A stretch of DNA of 64,000 nucleotides from Parcubacteria group bacterium GW2011_GWA2_40_143 (GTDB lineage: Bacteria > Patescibacteriota > Minisyncoccia > UBA9983), in assembly GCA_000996035.1 (NCBI GenBank), contig LBYH01000002.1, positions 8,979 through 72,978 of the forward strand, in the 5' to 3' direction. The notes under the pieces are model-generated. The model was not told the origin of the DNA and ran no database searches. It saw nothing but the letters and a program-made list of their open reading frames with translations. Within the stretch, counting starts at the first letter, position 1, and every line of letters starts with the position of its first letter. The position numbers and the translations under genes are program-made. Below, piece by piece: positions 19,357 through 28,929 of this stretch.

Positions 19357-21288
19357 TCAATCGTATCTTATCACGTCTTCCACTTCACGGTTAAATTCTT
19401 CCATCTTGAATAAATATTCAGGAATATCGGATAAAAATCTGGAAGGCATATTGGCTTGCCTGCTGCCAAAGATCATTCTCATCACACTGAAAGTAAGAAA
19501 CAACTTTTTCCTGGCTCTTGTTAAAGCCACATAGAAAAGTCTTCTCTCCTCCTCGTCTTTATCCACAGAATTCCCCATGCCAGAATGCGGAAACAATCCA
19601 TCTTCCAAACCGGTGATGAAAACGTAAGCAAATTCAAGACCTTTGGCGGCGTGCGCCGTCATGAGTCTGGCGCTATTTTCCTTTTTCTCCAAAGAATCCT
19701 GCGCCGCCATTAAAGCGAAGTCTTCCACCATTTTCTCCACTCCTTCAGATAAAGGCAGCCCGTCATAACGAGCGGCGATGCTGGCCAACTCTTTAACGTT
19801 TTCCAATCTCTCCGCGTCAGCAGGGTCGCCGCTCTCCAGAAACTTCTGCATGCCGCTTTCTCTTAAAACAAATTTTATAAAAGACGACGGTCTCTCTTTC
19901 TCAGATGATTCTTTGATTTTATCAAGCAATGCGTTAAATTCGGCAAATTTGGCTTCCGTCGCCACAGGAAGCTTCTTGCCGGCAAACTTATTCAACACCG
20001 ACACTTTACCCAAACCTCTTGGCGGCACATTTATAATTCTTTTTATACTCACCGCGTCTTCTCTGTTTAGAGCCGCTTTGATATAAGAGAAGATATCTTT
20101 AATCTCTTTGCGGTCATAAAACTGAGTGCCGAGCATCTGATATGGCACGTCATGCTTAAGACAAGCTTCTTCCAGAACCCGTGACTGGAAGTTGGCTCTA
20201 AAAAGCACCGCTATTTCCGAAGGCTCCACGCCTTCGCGGATAAGCTCTTTGATTTTATGAGCCACGAATTCCGCCTCCTCTTGTTCTCCCATGGCCTCAA
20301 ACAAGGATATTTCCGCGCCTTTGATATTTTTAGTAAATAAACCTTTCGGCTTTCTTACTTTGTTTTTTTCTATTATTTTGGCAGCAGCCTCAAGAATATT
20401 CTGCGTACTGCGATAATTCTCTTCAAGCGACACCGACACAAGATCGGGATAATCATTTTCAAAATTTATAATATTTCTGAAGTCGGCTCCGCGAAAAGCG
20501 TAAATGCATTGATCCATATCGCCCACGGCGCAAATATTTTTGCTTTTAGCGGCGAGAATTTTGGAAAACTCGTACTGGCTTTTATTAGTATCCTGATACT
20601 CGTCTATGATGATATACTTCCAGAGATTTTGATAATACTCTCTCACGGCGGCATCTTGCTTTAACAAAAAAACAGTTTTAGACACCAAGTCGTCAAAGTC
20701 TAAAGCTTTATGAGCAACTAAATACTCTTCATACTTTCTCCAAATCTTAGCAAGCATGGTGGGGAAAAAGTCGCCGGCAAAATCCGTTTCGTAAGTATCC
20801 ACGCTCATAAGCTCGCCTTTGTTTTTGGAAATTATTGATTGCATTTTGGACGGCTGGAACTGTTTGGGATCAATGTTTAGCTCTTTTATGGCTTCTTTGA
20901 TAAGCCCAAGGCTCTCTTCTTTATCAAGAATGGAAAATCCTTTGGTCACCCCGACTGCCTTGCCGCTATTCTTTAACATATACACTCCGAGTGAGTGGAA
21001 AGTGCTTATGAAGGGAGTTTTGTTTTTTTGTTCTGTCGGATTGTCAGCAATTTGTTTTAATAAGGATAACGTTCTTTCTTTCATCTCTCCCGCCGCTTTG
21101 TTTGTAAAAGTTATCGCTAAAATATTTTCCGGAGCAACACCGGAGCTCACAAGATAGGCTACGCGATGGGTGATACTCTTTGTCTTACCGCTGCCGGCGC
21201 CGGCAAGCACCAAGAGCGGCCCATCTTTGTGCAAAACCACTTTCTTCTGAGCTTCATTAAGCCCGTCAAGTAAAAAATTCTCAATCAT
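19357..21288 (-). CDS. pcrA: ATP-dependent DNA helicase PcrA/UvrD (SF1)
   Basis: 'LLDGLNEAQKKVV...GPLLVLAGAGSGKTKSITHRVAYLV', 'ILAITFTNKAAGEMKER', 'IIIDEYQDTN'. Start assumed at 'MIENFLLDGLN' (track ORF starts 18 nt upstream). Confidence 0.85.
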   Translation of the reverse strand: MIENFLLDGLNEAQKKVVLHKDGPLLVLAGAGSGKTKSITHRVAYLVSSGVAPENILAITFTNKAAGEMKERTLSLLKQIADNPTEQKNKTPFISTFHSLGVYMLKNSGKAVGVTKGFSILDKEESLGLIKEAIKELNIDPKQFQPSKMQSIISKNKGELMSVDTYETDFAGDFFPTMLAKIWRKYEEYLVAHKALDFDDLVSKTVFLLKQDAAVREYYQNLWKYIIIDEYQDTNKSQYEFSKILAAKSKNICAVGDMDQCIYAFRGADFRNIINFENDYPDLVSVSLEENYRSTQNILEAAAKIIEKNKVRKPKGLFTKNIKGAEISLFEAMGEQEEAEFVAHKIKELIREGVEPSEIAVLFRANFQSRVLEEACLKHDVPYQMLGTQFYDRKEIKDIFSYIKAALNREDAVSIKRIINVPPRGLGKVSVLNKFAGKKLPVATEAKFAEFNALLDKIKESSEKERPSSFIKFVLRESGMQKFLESGDPADAERLENVKELASIAARYDGLPLSEGVEKMVEDFALMAAQDSLEKKENSARLMTAHAAKGLEFAYVFITGLEDGLFPHSGMGNSVDKDEEERRLFYVALTRARKKLFLTFSVMRMIFGSRQANMPSRFLSDIPEYLFKMEEFNREVEDVIRYD

Positions 21289-21542
21289 AAAAAAATAATA
21301 GCACACAAAACCGCCTGTGGATAAAAAATTTTACAAACATTGACATTTTATCAAAAATACATATCATTAGTATAAAGGTTGTGGTACTGATTTTTCTAGA
21401 AAATCCTTATTTATAGCCACAGAATCACAGAGACATCTGAAAAACCCTTTAATTTAGGCTTATTACTACTCACAAACAAAGTTCCACTGAGCCAAGCAGT
21501 AAAAGATTAGGCCGGTGGACCCAAATATTCGCTTTTAATGTT

Positions 21543-22544
21543 TTGGCTTTATTCATAGCCATTTTTGCAGTTTATAACACCGCAAATGCCAGCTTTTTCT
21601 CTTTTTTTGAGAAACTGATGTCTTCAGACAATTATATCGGTGCGAGTGAAAATACCGCCAATATTCAAACAGCCCAACTTTTGGAAGGCGCGGCAAATTA
21701 TGACGCAAACGCGGCAAAAGGCGGCGGTGATGTTACCATAGTAAACAACAGTTCTCTACTCTCAGAATCAGGTCCGCTCGGCACAATTTTGGATATAGAG
21801 GAAGGAATTGCTCACAGTGACCAGATAAGCGTTTATGTGGTCAGAAGCGGCGACACTCTTTCTCAGATAGCCGCCATGTTCAACGTATCGGTAAATACCA
21901 TTATGTGGGCCAATGACATAAGTAAAGGTAATAGTATCAAGATAGGCCAAACTCTTGTGATCTTGCCGGTGTCAGGCATTAGATACACAATTAAAAAAGG
22001 AGATACTCTCGCCAGCATAGCCAAGTCTTTGCACGGCGAAGTGGAAGAGATAAAGAACTTCAATGGCATCACGAGCGATAAGCAGCTTGTCATCGGAGAG
22101 ATACTTATTGTGCCGAATGGAGAAGTGCCGGCGCCAAAAGTTTCAGCTCCTTCTAAAAAAACAACGAGTCCGTTGCGCGGCGCGAATGGTCCGGATTATT
22201 CCGGATACTATATAAGGCCGATTGTGGGCGGCGTAAAATCTCAAGACCTGCACGGTTACAATGGTGTGGATTTGGCCGATTCCTGCGGTACGCCCATTCT
22301 GGCGGCCGCTTCAGGAAACGTGATAATAAGCAGATCGGAAGGTTACAATGGCGGCTATGGAAATTATATAGTAATAGATCACTCAAACGGCACTCAAACT
22401 CTATATTCTCATTTAAATAAGAACATTGTCTTTCAAGGTTGGAGCGTAGTGCAAGGTCAGGTTATAGGTTATATGGGTTCCACCGGCCGTTCCACCGGCT
22501 GCCATTTGCACTTTGAAGTGCGCGGCGCCAAAAATCCTTTTTAA
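21543..22544 (+). CDS. LysM-LysM-M23 family peptidoglycan endopeptidase
   Basis: Two LysM repeats ('YVVRSGDTLSQIAAMFNVSVNTIMWAN', 'YTIKKGDTLASIAKSL') and an M23 domain ('HGYNGVDLA...GNYIVIDHSNGTQTLYSHL...GSTGRSTGCHLHFEV'). The N-terminus may begin upstream at a non-ATG start. Confidence 0.85.
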   Translation: MALFIAIFAVYNTANASFFSFFEKLMSSDNYIGASENTANIQTAQLLEGAANYDANAAKGGGDVTIVNNSSLLSESGPLGTILDIEEGIAHSDQISVYVVRSGDTLSQIAAMFNVSVNTIMWANDISKGNSIKIGQTLVILPVSGIRYTIKKGDTLASIAKSLHGEVEEIKNFNGITSDKQLVIGEILIVPNGEVPAPKVSAPSKKTTSPLRGANGPDYSGYYIRPIVGGVKSQDLHGYNGVDLADSCGTPILAAASGNVIISRSEGYNGGYGNYIVIDHSNGTQTLYSHLNKNIVFQGWSVVQGQVIGYMGSTGRSTGCHLHFEVRGAKNPF

Positions 22545-22644
22545 CGCGTCTTCTCAAAATCCTTGACAAAATAATACTTTCGTGTATTATAATAAATAGT
22601 TTCTTGTTCTTATAAATTCTTAAAATTTTTTAGGAGAAAGAAAA

Positions 22645-22854
22645 ATGGTTAGGATTGAAAAATGGTTGAAGTTTTTTATTATTGTCGGCAGCGTGTCGGC
22701 GGTAGTAGTAAGCGTTCTCTCCTTGATTGACATCAAGCGAGAGGTAAGAGAAAAAATTGCCGCTGCTGAGATTACAATTCTTGAAGCAGAGGATACCATC
22801 CGCAACGGAAAGGAGGGGAGGGAGTATAGAATCATACGTCGTATGGGAGAATAA
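22645..22854 (+). CDS. Small membrane protein (69 aa; N-terminal TM plus a charged helix)
   Basis: Has its own promoter (TTGACA-17/19-TATAAT at 22563-22593), a strong RBS 'AGGAGAAAGAAAAATG' and an intrinsic terminator at 22874-22908. Confidence 0.5.
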   Translation: MVRIEKWLKFFIIVGSVSAVVVSVLSLIDIKREVREKIAAAEITILEAEDTIRNGKEGREYRIIRRMGE

Positions 22855-22873
22855 ATACAACATACGGCGTTTA

Positions 22874-22908
22874 GAGGGCAGAGTAATATACTTTGCCCTC
22901 TTTTTTAT
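22874..22908 (+). terminator. Intrinsic terminator (AGAGGGCA...TGCCCTCT + T-run)
   Basis: 8-bp GC-containing stem followed by TTTTTT, directly after the small ORF stop. Confidence 0.5.
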
Positions 22909-22925
22909 TGTTATAATACATAACT

Positions 22926-24458
22926 CTACTTAGGCCTGTACTGCAACGCTTCCAGCAGATGTTCTTGTTTGATGTTTTCTTCGCCGGCCAGATCGGCAAT
23001 GGTGCGAGCCAGTTTTATAACCCGATGATACGCCCTGCCGGAAAGATTAAGCCGTGTGGCCGCTTGGTTTAAAACTTCTTTAAGCTTGTCTCCAAGCGGA
23101 GCAAACTTCTTAAGCTCTTTAACGCCCATCTCGCTATTTGAAATAATTTTACCCCCTCTTTCTTTAGAAAATCTTTCCCTTTGTTTTTCCCGCGCTTTAA
23201 TAACCCTTTCTCTTATAATCTCGGATGATTCACCAGAGATGGAATCATCCGATAATTTGTTGTAATCAACCTGCGGCACTTCAAGCCAGAGATCTATTCT
23301 GTCCACAATGGGTCCGGAAATTTTCCTTTGATAACGCATGAGCGCGCCCTGTGAGCAAATGCATTCCTTAATTTTTGAACTGGCGTTACCGCAAGGACAC
23401 GGGTTCATGGCGCAAATCATTATAAATCTGGCGGGGAAAGATACTGTGCCTCTGGCTCTTGATACGTTTACCAAGCCATCTTCAAGGGGTTGTCGCATAG
23501 CCTCTATCACTCGTCTGTCAAATTCCGGAAACTCATCCAGAAAAAGCACGCCCCTGTGGCTCAAGGTAATCTCGCCGGGACGCGGATACGCGCCGCCGCC
23601 CACAAGGGCCACATAAGACGAAGTATGATGCGGACTCCTAAACGGCCGGTTAATAAGAAAGTCGCCGGCAAGCGCGCCGGCAACACTGTGGATAGCGGTG
23701 GTTTCAAGCATCTCATCAAAAGAAAGCGGCGGTAAAATATGCGGAAAAGCCTTGGCCAGCATAGTTTTACCGGTGCCAGCCGGGCCAACCATTAAGATAT
23801 TATGCCCGCCGGCGGCGGCAATCTCCAAACCGCGCTTGGCTGTCTCCTGCCCTTTAATGTCGGCAAAATCAAATAAAATATCTTCTCTTAATTTATCTAA
23901 ATTTATTTTCGTAACATTTTGCGCGTTTAAATTAAAATTATTTTGGATGCTAAAGTGGTCGGTAATCTCTTTAAGGCTGCCGCAGCCGTATATTTTAATA
24001 CCTTCTATCAAAGCCGCTTCTTTGGCATTCTCTCTAGGCAAGAATATCTCTTTAAAACCGGCTTTCATAGCCTTTTGAGTAAGCGGCAAAATACCTTTTA
24101 TGGGTCTTAGATCTCCGCCGAGAGCCAATTCACCCAAAAAGATTTTATTCTCCGCGATGAAATTTATCTGCTTTGCCGCCAATAAATACGCCAAAGCCAT
24201 GGCCAAATCAAAAGCCGGTCCTTCTTTTTTAAGATCTGCCGGCGCGAGAGAAATGGTAATTTTTTGATTTTTCTTTTTCGGAGAAGTGAAGCCGGAATTT
24301 TTTATTGCCGCGGAGATTCTGTCTCTTGACTCTTCTACCGCCTTATCCGGCAAACCAACCACGGAAAAAGAATGAAGCCCTTGGATAATGTCCGCTTCCA
24401 CGTCAACTATATGCGCGTTAAGACCGGTTACTTGCGCCGAATAAACTTTAACAGCCAT
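22926..24458 (-). CDS. comM: Mg-chelatase-like AAA+ ATPase ComM/YifB
   Basis: 510 aa; N-terminal Lon-like domain, 'NILMVGPAGTGKTMLAKA', C-terminal 'LSGRAYHRVIKLARTIADLAG'. Confidence 0.85.
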   Translation of the reverse strand: MAVKVYSAQVTGLNAHIVDVEADIIQGLHSFSVVGLPDKAVEESRDRISAAIKNSGFTSPKKKNQKITISLAPADLKKEGPAFDLAMALAYLLAAKQINFIAENKIFLGELALGGDLRPIKGILPLTQKAMKAGFKEIFLPRENAKEAALIEGIKIYGCGSLKEITDHFSIQNNFNLNAQNVTKINLDKLREDILFDFADIKGQETAKRGLEIAAAGGHNILMVGPAGTGKTMLAKAFPHILPPLSFDEMLETTAIHSVAGALAGDFLINRPFRSPHHTSSYVALVGGGAYPRPGEITLSHRGVLFLDEFPEFDRRVIEAMRQPLEDGLVNVSRARGTVSFPARFIMICAMNPCPCGNASSKIKECICSQGALMRYQRKISGPIVDRIDLWLEVPQVDYNKLSDDSISGESSEIIRERVIKAREKQRERFSKERGGKIISNSEMGVKELKKFAPLGDKLKEVLNQAATRLNLSGRAYHRVIKLARTIADLAGEENIKQEHLLEALQYRPK

Positions 24459-24482
24459 AGTGCAAGTATTATATCACGCAAT

Positions 24483-24517
24483 AAAAAATTCCGCTTGCGA
24501 GCGAGCGGAATTTTTTA
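24483..24517 (-). terminator. Bidirectional intrinsic terminator (A6-ATTCCGCT-loop-AGCGGAAT-T6)
   Basis: 8-bp stem with an 8-nt loop flanked by A- and T-runs, immediately downstream of the dksA-like gene. Confidence 0.55.
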
Positions 24518-24518
24518 T

Positions 24519-24890
24519 TTAAACTTGTTCGGCGTGTTCTACGCAAGTGGCCGCGGCCGGATTGGCTTCAAGTCTTTTTTCGTCTATCGGCTTGCCATCA
24601 ACTTTGCAAACTCCATAGTTGTCGCTCTCTATTCTTTCTAAGGCGGCACTCACCTGCATTAAACGTTCTTCCAAAGAATCTTGTATGGCCACCTTATTGT
24701 CCAGCTCTTCAAAGTTTTTGGCCAAGTCGGCAACATCGGGCACTTCACCCAGAGCTTCGCCTGCTACTTCCCAGTCACCCGGAATACTTGGGTTTTTCCT
24801 GCCCACACCGGAAAGTTCGTCCTCCAAAATCTTCTTTTCCTCTTCAAGCTTATCTTTAAAATGTTTTAATTTTTCTTTAGTTAATTTCAT
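24519..24890 (-). CDS. DksA/TraR-family protein
   Basis: 123 aa; coiled-coil N-terminus, C-terminal 'YGVCKVDGKPIDEKRLEANPAAATCVEH' (degenerate C4 finger). Confidence 0.55.
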   Translation of the reverse strand: MKLTKEKLKHFKDKLEEEKKILEDELSGVGRKNPSIPGDWEVAGEALGEVPDVADLAKNFEELDNKVAIQDSLEERLMQVSAALERIESDNYGVCKVDGKPIDEKRLEANPAAATCVEHAEQV

Positions 24891-24946
24891 AGTGGCTTTA
24901 TGCTAGCAGAAAAAAATAAAAAAGGCAATATTTACTTTTAGATTAT

Positions 24947-25945
24947 TTACTCATTAAAATATCTTGGCGAAGCAAATCTCTTAAACATCTCCAACATAGG
25001 GGCTTCGCTGTTTGTAATGACAAGATACTTTCTGTTTATAAAAGAGTAGATAAGAGCGATATCTTCGCCTTCGTCGTAGAGAACCCTTGTGTCCCTATTT
25101 TGGACAACATGATCTTTAAAATTACCTCTGCCCATTTCGGCATCTTCAAAAATTTTTACCAAATCCTGCGACATACTTTTCTCCCACTTCAAAGCGCCAG
25201 TATAGGCGTAATCATAAGCATCTGTTTTAAACAACAGAATCGGCCATTCGCCATCAAAAGTGGATAAGATAAAAAACTCAAATTGTCCATCAAGATAATC
25301 GGTAATAATTTGCGGCGTCTTCGCGCCAATCAAACTAAAAAAATCATTGGTCTTTATATATTGCTTTGCCTCACCGCTTTCTTTTATCACTGCCAATTTA
25401 GTAAGACCGACATCAACTTCTCCAATAGAGTCTTCCAGATCATTCAAAAAATTTTTCTGTAATTTTACCAAACTTAAATCCCCCGTATAAACAATAACGT
25501 CTTTTGTTTCATCCGCGGCGATGATGGAAGAACGAACAATTTCTCCAATCCGGCTTTGATTGCCAATATTCTTCTTGCCAAATTGTTCATTGTAGAGATA
25601 ATAACCGACAATACCAACGGCAAAAATAATAAGCGCCACGGCACCAAAAGCGCCAAGCTTAAGCCAGCCGGCTTTAGTCTCTTCCGCCTCAAATCTTTTT
25701 GCCTTAGTCTCTTCCGCCGCCACATCTATAAGGGAAACATTCTTATTTTTAACATAACCTGCGATGTCGGCCTTATACGTGCGGATTGGACTTATGCCAT
25801 TTGACGAGTCGCTCGTTGGCCTATCTTCCACCTCCAAACCTTTTATGATTTGATCTTTCTCCTCCATTGTTGCGATGATTATTGCCTCTTCCGAATCCAT
25901 TTGGACTATTTCTTTGTTCGTCTTCCGGTTTATAGTTCGGATCAA
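24947..25945 (-). CDS. Single-pass membrane hypothetical protein (start uncertain; track ORF overlaps the pnp 3' end)
   Basis: 332 aa; TM 'WLKLGAFGAVALIIFAVGIVGYYLY' followed by an extracytoplasmic domain. Confidence 0.4.
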   Translation of the reverse strand: MIRTINRKTNKEIVQMDSEEAIIIATMEEKDQIIKGLEVEDRPTSDSSNGISPIRTYKADIAGYVKNKNVSLIDVAAEETKAKRFEAEETKAGWLKLGAFGAVALIIFAVGIVGYYLYNEQFGKKNIGNQSRIGEIVRSSIIAADETKDVIVYTGDLSLVKLQKNFLNDLEDSIGEVDVGLTKLAVIKESGEAKQYIKTNDFFSLIGAKTPQIITDYLDGQFEFFILSTFDGEWPILLFKTDAYDYAYTGALKWEKSMSQDLVKIFEDAEMGRGNFKDHVVQNRDTRVLYDEGEDIALIYSFINRKYLVITNSEAPMLEMFKRFASPRYFNE

Positions 25946-28022
25946 GCTGCTTTATGGATAAATTAATCCTGCCTTTTTCATCTATAATTATAACCTTTGC
26001 TTTCACAATGTCGCCTTCTTTTACCACATCGGTAACTTTATTTACTCTAAACGGAGCAAGTTCGGAAATATGCACGAGTCCTTCCTGCCCATAACCCACC
26101 TCCATCATGGCGCCAAAATCAAAGAGTCTGGTAACAGGTCCTTCTACAATCTCGCCGGGCTGATAATCATGAGTCAAATCTTCTATTATATTTTTAGCCG
26201 CGTCGGCTTCACTTAAATTTTTGCCGGTTATGAATATTGATCCGTCCTGCTCTATGTCTATATTGGCGCCGGTTTTTTCTATGATACTGTTTATCATTTT
26301 GCCGCCCGGACCTATCACTTCTCTTATCTTGTCCGGATTTATTTTCATGGTAATTATTCTCGGCGCGGTTGGCGAAAGCTCTTTGCGCGGTTCGGGTATG
26401 GCCGCCAGCATCACCTCCATTATTTTGTCTCTGGCTTCTTTGGCCTGACCTAAAGCTTCTTTCAAAACTTTAACCGGTATACCCCCCAGTTTTATATCAA
26501 GCTGAATGGCCGTAAGTCCTTCTTTACTGCCGGCGCATTTAAAATCCATATCGCCGAAATGATCTTCAAAACCCTGAATATCCGTGATTATCTTATATTC
26601 ATTGTCATTTCTCATCATAAGACCCACTGAAACTCCGGCAATCGGATTCTTGATCGGCACGCCGGCATCCATAAGAGCCAAAGTGGAAGCGCAAACTGAA
26701 CCCTGTGAAGTGGATCCGTTTGAAGCCATTGATTCTGATACTATTCTGATGGTGTAAGGAAAATCTTCTTTAGATGGAATCACGGCTAACAGAGCTCTTT
26801 CCACAAGAGCGCCATGACCTATTTCTCTTCTGCCCGGACTACCCATTCTACCTGTCTCGCCCACCGAAAAGGGCGGAAAATTATAGTGATGCATGAAATG
26901 CTTCGTAGTTTCCACTTCCATGCCATCTATAAGTTGAGCATCACCCGGGCCACCAAGCGTAATAGTGGAAAGTATATGCGTTTCTCCTCTATAGAAAACG
27001 CTTGAACCATGAATCGCCGGCAAATAATTCACTCCGGCATAAACTTTTCTAAGCTCATCAATGGCTCTTCCATCCGGCCTCTTGCCTTCGTCTATGGCCT
27101 TATCATGCACCAATTTATCCACACTTTCTTCAAAAACATTGGCAGCCAAAGAAGGCTGAGTCTCCGGAAATTTATCTTTGGCCAAAATTATCCATTCATC
27201 TTTGAGTGAACCTGTATTTGATTTCTTGCCGATATTATCTTGAGAATAAATGGCTTCTTCCAGTTTTGCCTTAAAATTATTGGCAAAAAAATCTTTCATC
27301 TCTTGCGGCGCGTCTTTGGTTTCAATTTTTATTTTTTCTTTGCCAATTTCCGATATGATTTTTTTCTGAAAGTCTTCAATAACCGCGATCTCTTTCATCG
27401 CCGCGTCAAAAGATTCGGCGACAACTTCTTCAGGCACTTCTTTGGCGCCGGCCTCAACCATGTTTATATAACCGTCTTTGCCGCAAACCACGCTGTCCAG
27501 ATCAGAATTTTCTCTTTCTGTGTAAGTTGGGTTTATTACAAACTTACCATCTATTCTACCCACGCGCGCGGCTCCAATCGGCCCATCCCAAGGTATATCG
27601 GAGATACCAAGCGCGAGTGAAGCGCCTATAATAGCCGGAACATCCGTATCGTTTTCGCCATCCACGGAAAGAGTCGTTACCACCACCTGCACTTCGTTTC
27701 TTATTTTATTATCAAAAAGCGGTCTTATGGTGCGATCAATTATACGGCCCGTCAATACCGCCTCCTCTGAGGGGCGGCCTTCACGCTTTATAAATCGGCT
27801 GCCTGATATTTTACCGGCGGCGTAAAGTCTTTCTTCGTAATCCACCACTAAAGGGAAAAAATCTATGTCTTCTCTCTTTCTGCCCGATATAACGGCCGTG
27901 GCAAACACTGCCGTTTCGCCGTATCTTACCAATACTGAGCCATTGGCTTGATTGGCCAAATCGGAAATCTCCACCTTTAATTTTTTACCACCATACTCCG
28001 TTTCGTATTTTTTTATCTGCAT
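25821..28022 (-). CDS. pnp: Polynucleotide phosphorylase
   Basis: 733 aa; two RNase PH domains, KH ('IGPGGKMINSIIEKTGANIDIE') and S1, Gly/Arg-rich tail. Confidence 0.9.
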   Translation of the reverse strand: MQIKKYETEYGGKKLKVEISDLANQANGSVLVRYGETAVFATAVISGRKREDIDFFPLVVDYEERLYAAGKISGSRFIKREGRPSEEAVLTGRIIDRTIRPLFDNKIRNEVQVVVTTLSVDGENDTDVPAIIGASLALGISDIPWDGPIGAARVGRIDGKFVINPTYTERENSDLDSVVCGKDGYINMVEAGAKEVPEEVVAESFDAAMKEIAVIEDFQKKIISEIGKEKIKIETKDAPQEMKDFFANNFKAKLEEAIYSQDNIGKKSNTGSLKDEWIILAKDKFPETQPSLAANVFEESVDKLVHDKAIDEGKRPDGRAIDELRKVYAGVNYLPAIHGSSVFYRGETHILSTITLGGPGDAQLIDGMEVETTKHFMHHYNFPPFSVGETGRMGSPGRREIGHGALVERALLAVIPSKEDFPYTIRIVSESMASNGSTSQGSVCASTLALMDAGVPIKNPIAGVSVGLMMRNDNEYKIITDIQGFEDHFGDMDFKCAGSKEGLTAIQLDIKLGGIPVKVLKEALGQAKEARDKIMEVMLAAIPEPRKELSPTAPRIITMKINPDKIREVIGPGGKMINSIIEKTGANIDIEQDGSIFITGKNLSEADAAKNIIEDLTHDYQPGEIVEGPVTRLFDFGAMMEVGYGQEGLVHISELAPFRVNKVTDVVKEGDIVKAKVIIIDEKGRINLSIKQLDPNYKPEDEQRNSPNGFGRGNNHRNNGGERSNHKRFGGGR

Positions 28023-28036
28023 AATTATTATTATTT

Positions 28037-28561
28037 TTATTTCAAACCTCTTATCAAAAATCTTTTTTGATTTTCGCTTAAATCCATAAATTCATCGGCC
28101 TCCTCCTTAAGCTTGCTTGAAGCCGATTTGCCAAAGGCCATCACCTCCACTCTTCTGCCTTGATTTTTAAGATATTCCACTAAAGGAATATAGTCGCCAT
28201 CGCCGCTGGCAAGCACTATCACATCCACAATACTGAGTGTTTTAATAGCATCTACCGCTATGCCCACGTCCCAATCCGCTTTCTTCATGCCGCCATAATA
28301 CTCTTGTAGATCTTTAACCCTCATCTCTATGCCTAGCTTGTCTAAAGCTTCAAAAAACGGTCTTTCTTCACCTGTTTTAGTGCGTACCACATAAGCAAAA
28401 GCTCTTATCAGTTTTCTCTCGCCAAGCGCGGCTGTTAAAAGTTCTTTAAAATTTACTCTTCTTTGAAAGAGCGCTTTGGCTGAATGATATAAATTCTGCA
28501 CATCAATAAGCACAGCCACCCGCTGATTTTTATATTGAGAAGAATTGAACTTTGAAGACAT
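28037..28561 (-). CDS. NYN-domain (LabA/DUF88-like) putative RNase
   Basis: 174 aa; 'VAVLIDVQNLYHSA', 'VDVIVLASGDGDYIPLVEYLKNQGRRVEV'. Confidence 0.65.
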   Translation of the reverse strand: MSSKFNSSQYKNQRVAVLIDVQNLYHSAKALFQRRVNFKELLTAALGERKLIRAFAYVVRTKTGEERPFFEALDKLGIEMRVKDLQEYYGGMKKADWDVGIAVDAIKTLSIVDVIVLASGDGDYIPLVEYLKNQGRRVEVMAFGKSASSKLKEEADEFMDLSENQKRFLIRGLK

Positions 28562-28618
28562 GAGGAGTTTATAAAGTTGAAAAGTTGTAAAATTTGAAAA
28601 TAACTGAGGTGAAAAAAA

Positions 28619-28912
28619 TTACTTGGCTTTTAGGTCAAGCTTCTTGGCAAGGGCATTGTATCTTTTGAGATCTTTTTTGGCAAGGTAGCCGGACAAAGAC
28701 CTTCTATCAGCCACCATTTTGAGCAAACCTCGCCTTGAATGATTATCTTTCGGATGAGCCTTAAGATGTTCCACAAGCTCACTTATTCTCTCGGTAATAA
28801 TGCCAATCTGAACATCAGTAGAGCCGGTGTCCGTTTTATGAACCCTAATATCCTCTATTATTTTCTGCTTTTTCTTTGTGTCTAACATTTTTTGTAATAT
28901 ATCATACTTCAT
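28619..28912 (-). CDS. rpsO: 30S ribosomal protein S15 (start at internal Met 'MKYDIL')
   Basis: 'TGSTDVQIGIITERISELVEHLKAHPKDNHSRRGLLKMVADRRSLSGYL'. Upstream of pnp in the classical rpsO-pnp arrangement. Confidence 0.85.
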   Translation of the reverse strand: MKYDILQKMLDTKKKQKIIEDIRVHKTDTGSTDVQIGIITERISELVEHLKAHPKDNHSRRGLLKMVADRRSLSGYLAKKDLKRYNALAKKLDLKAK

Positions 28913-28929
28913 CTTATTCTGCAAGCAGT

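Noticed and set aside
24947-25945. ORF 24947..25945 and pnp overlapping by ~125 nt, as evidence of a frameshift
   Set aside because: The overlap disappears if the membrane-protein gene starts at an internal Met (about 25867-25900). The pnp C-terminus is a normal Gly/Arg-rich tail, so no frameshift is needed.
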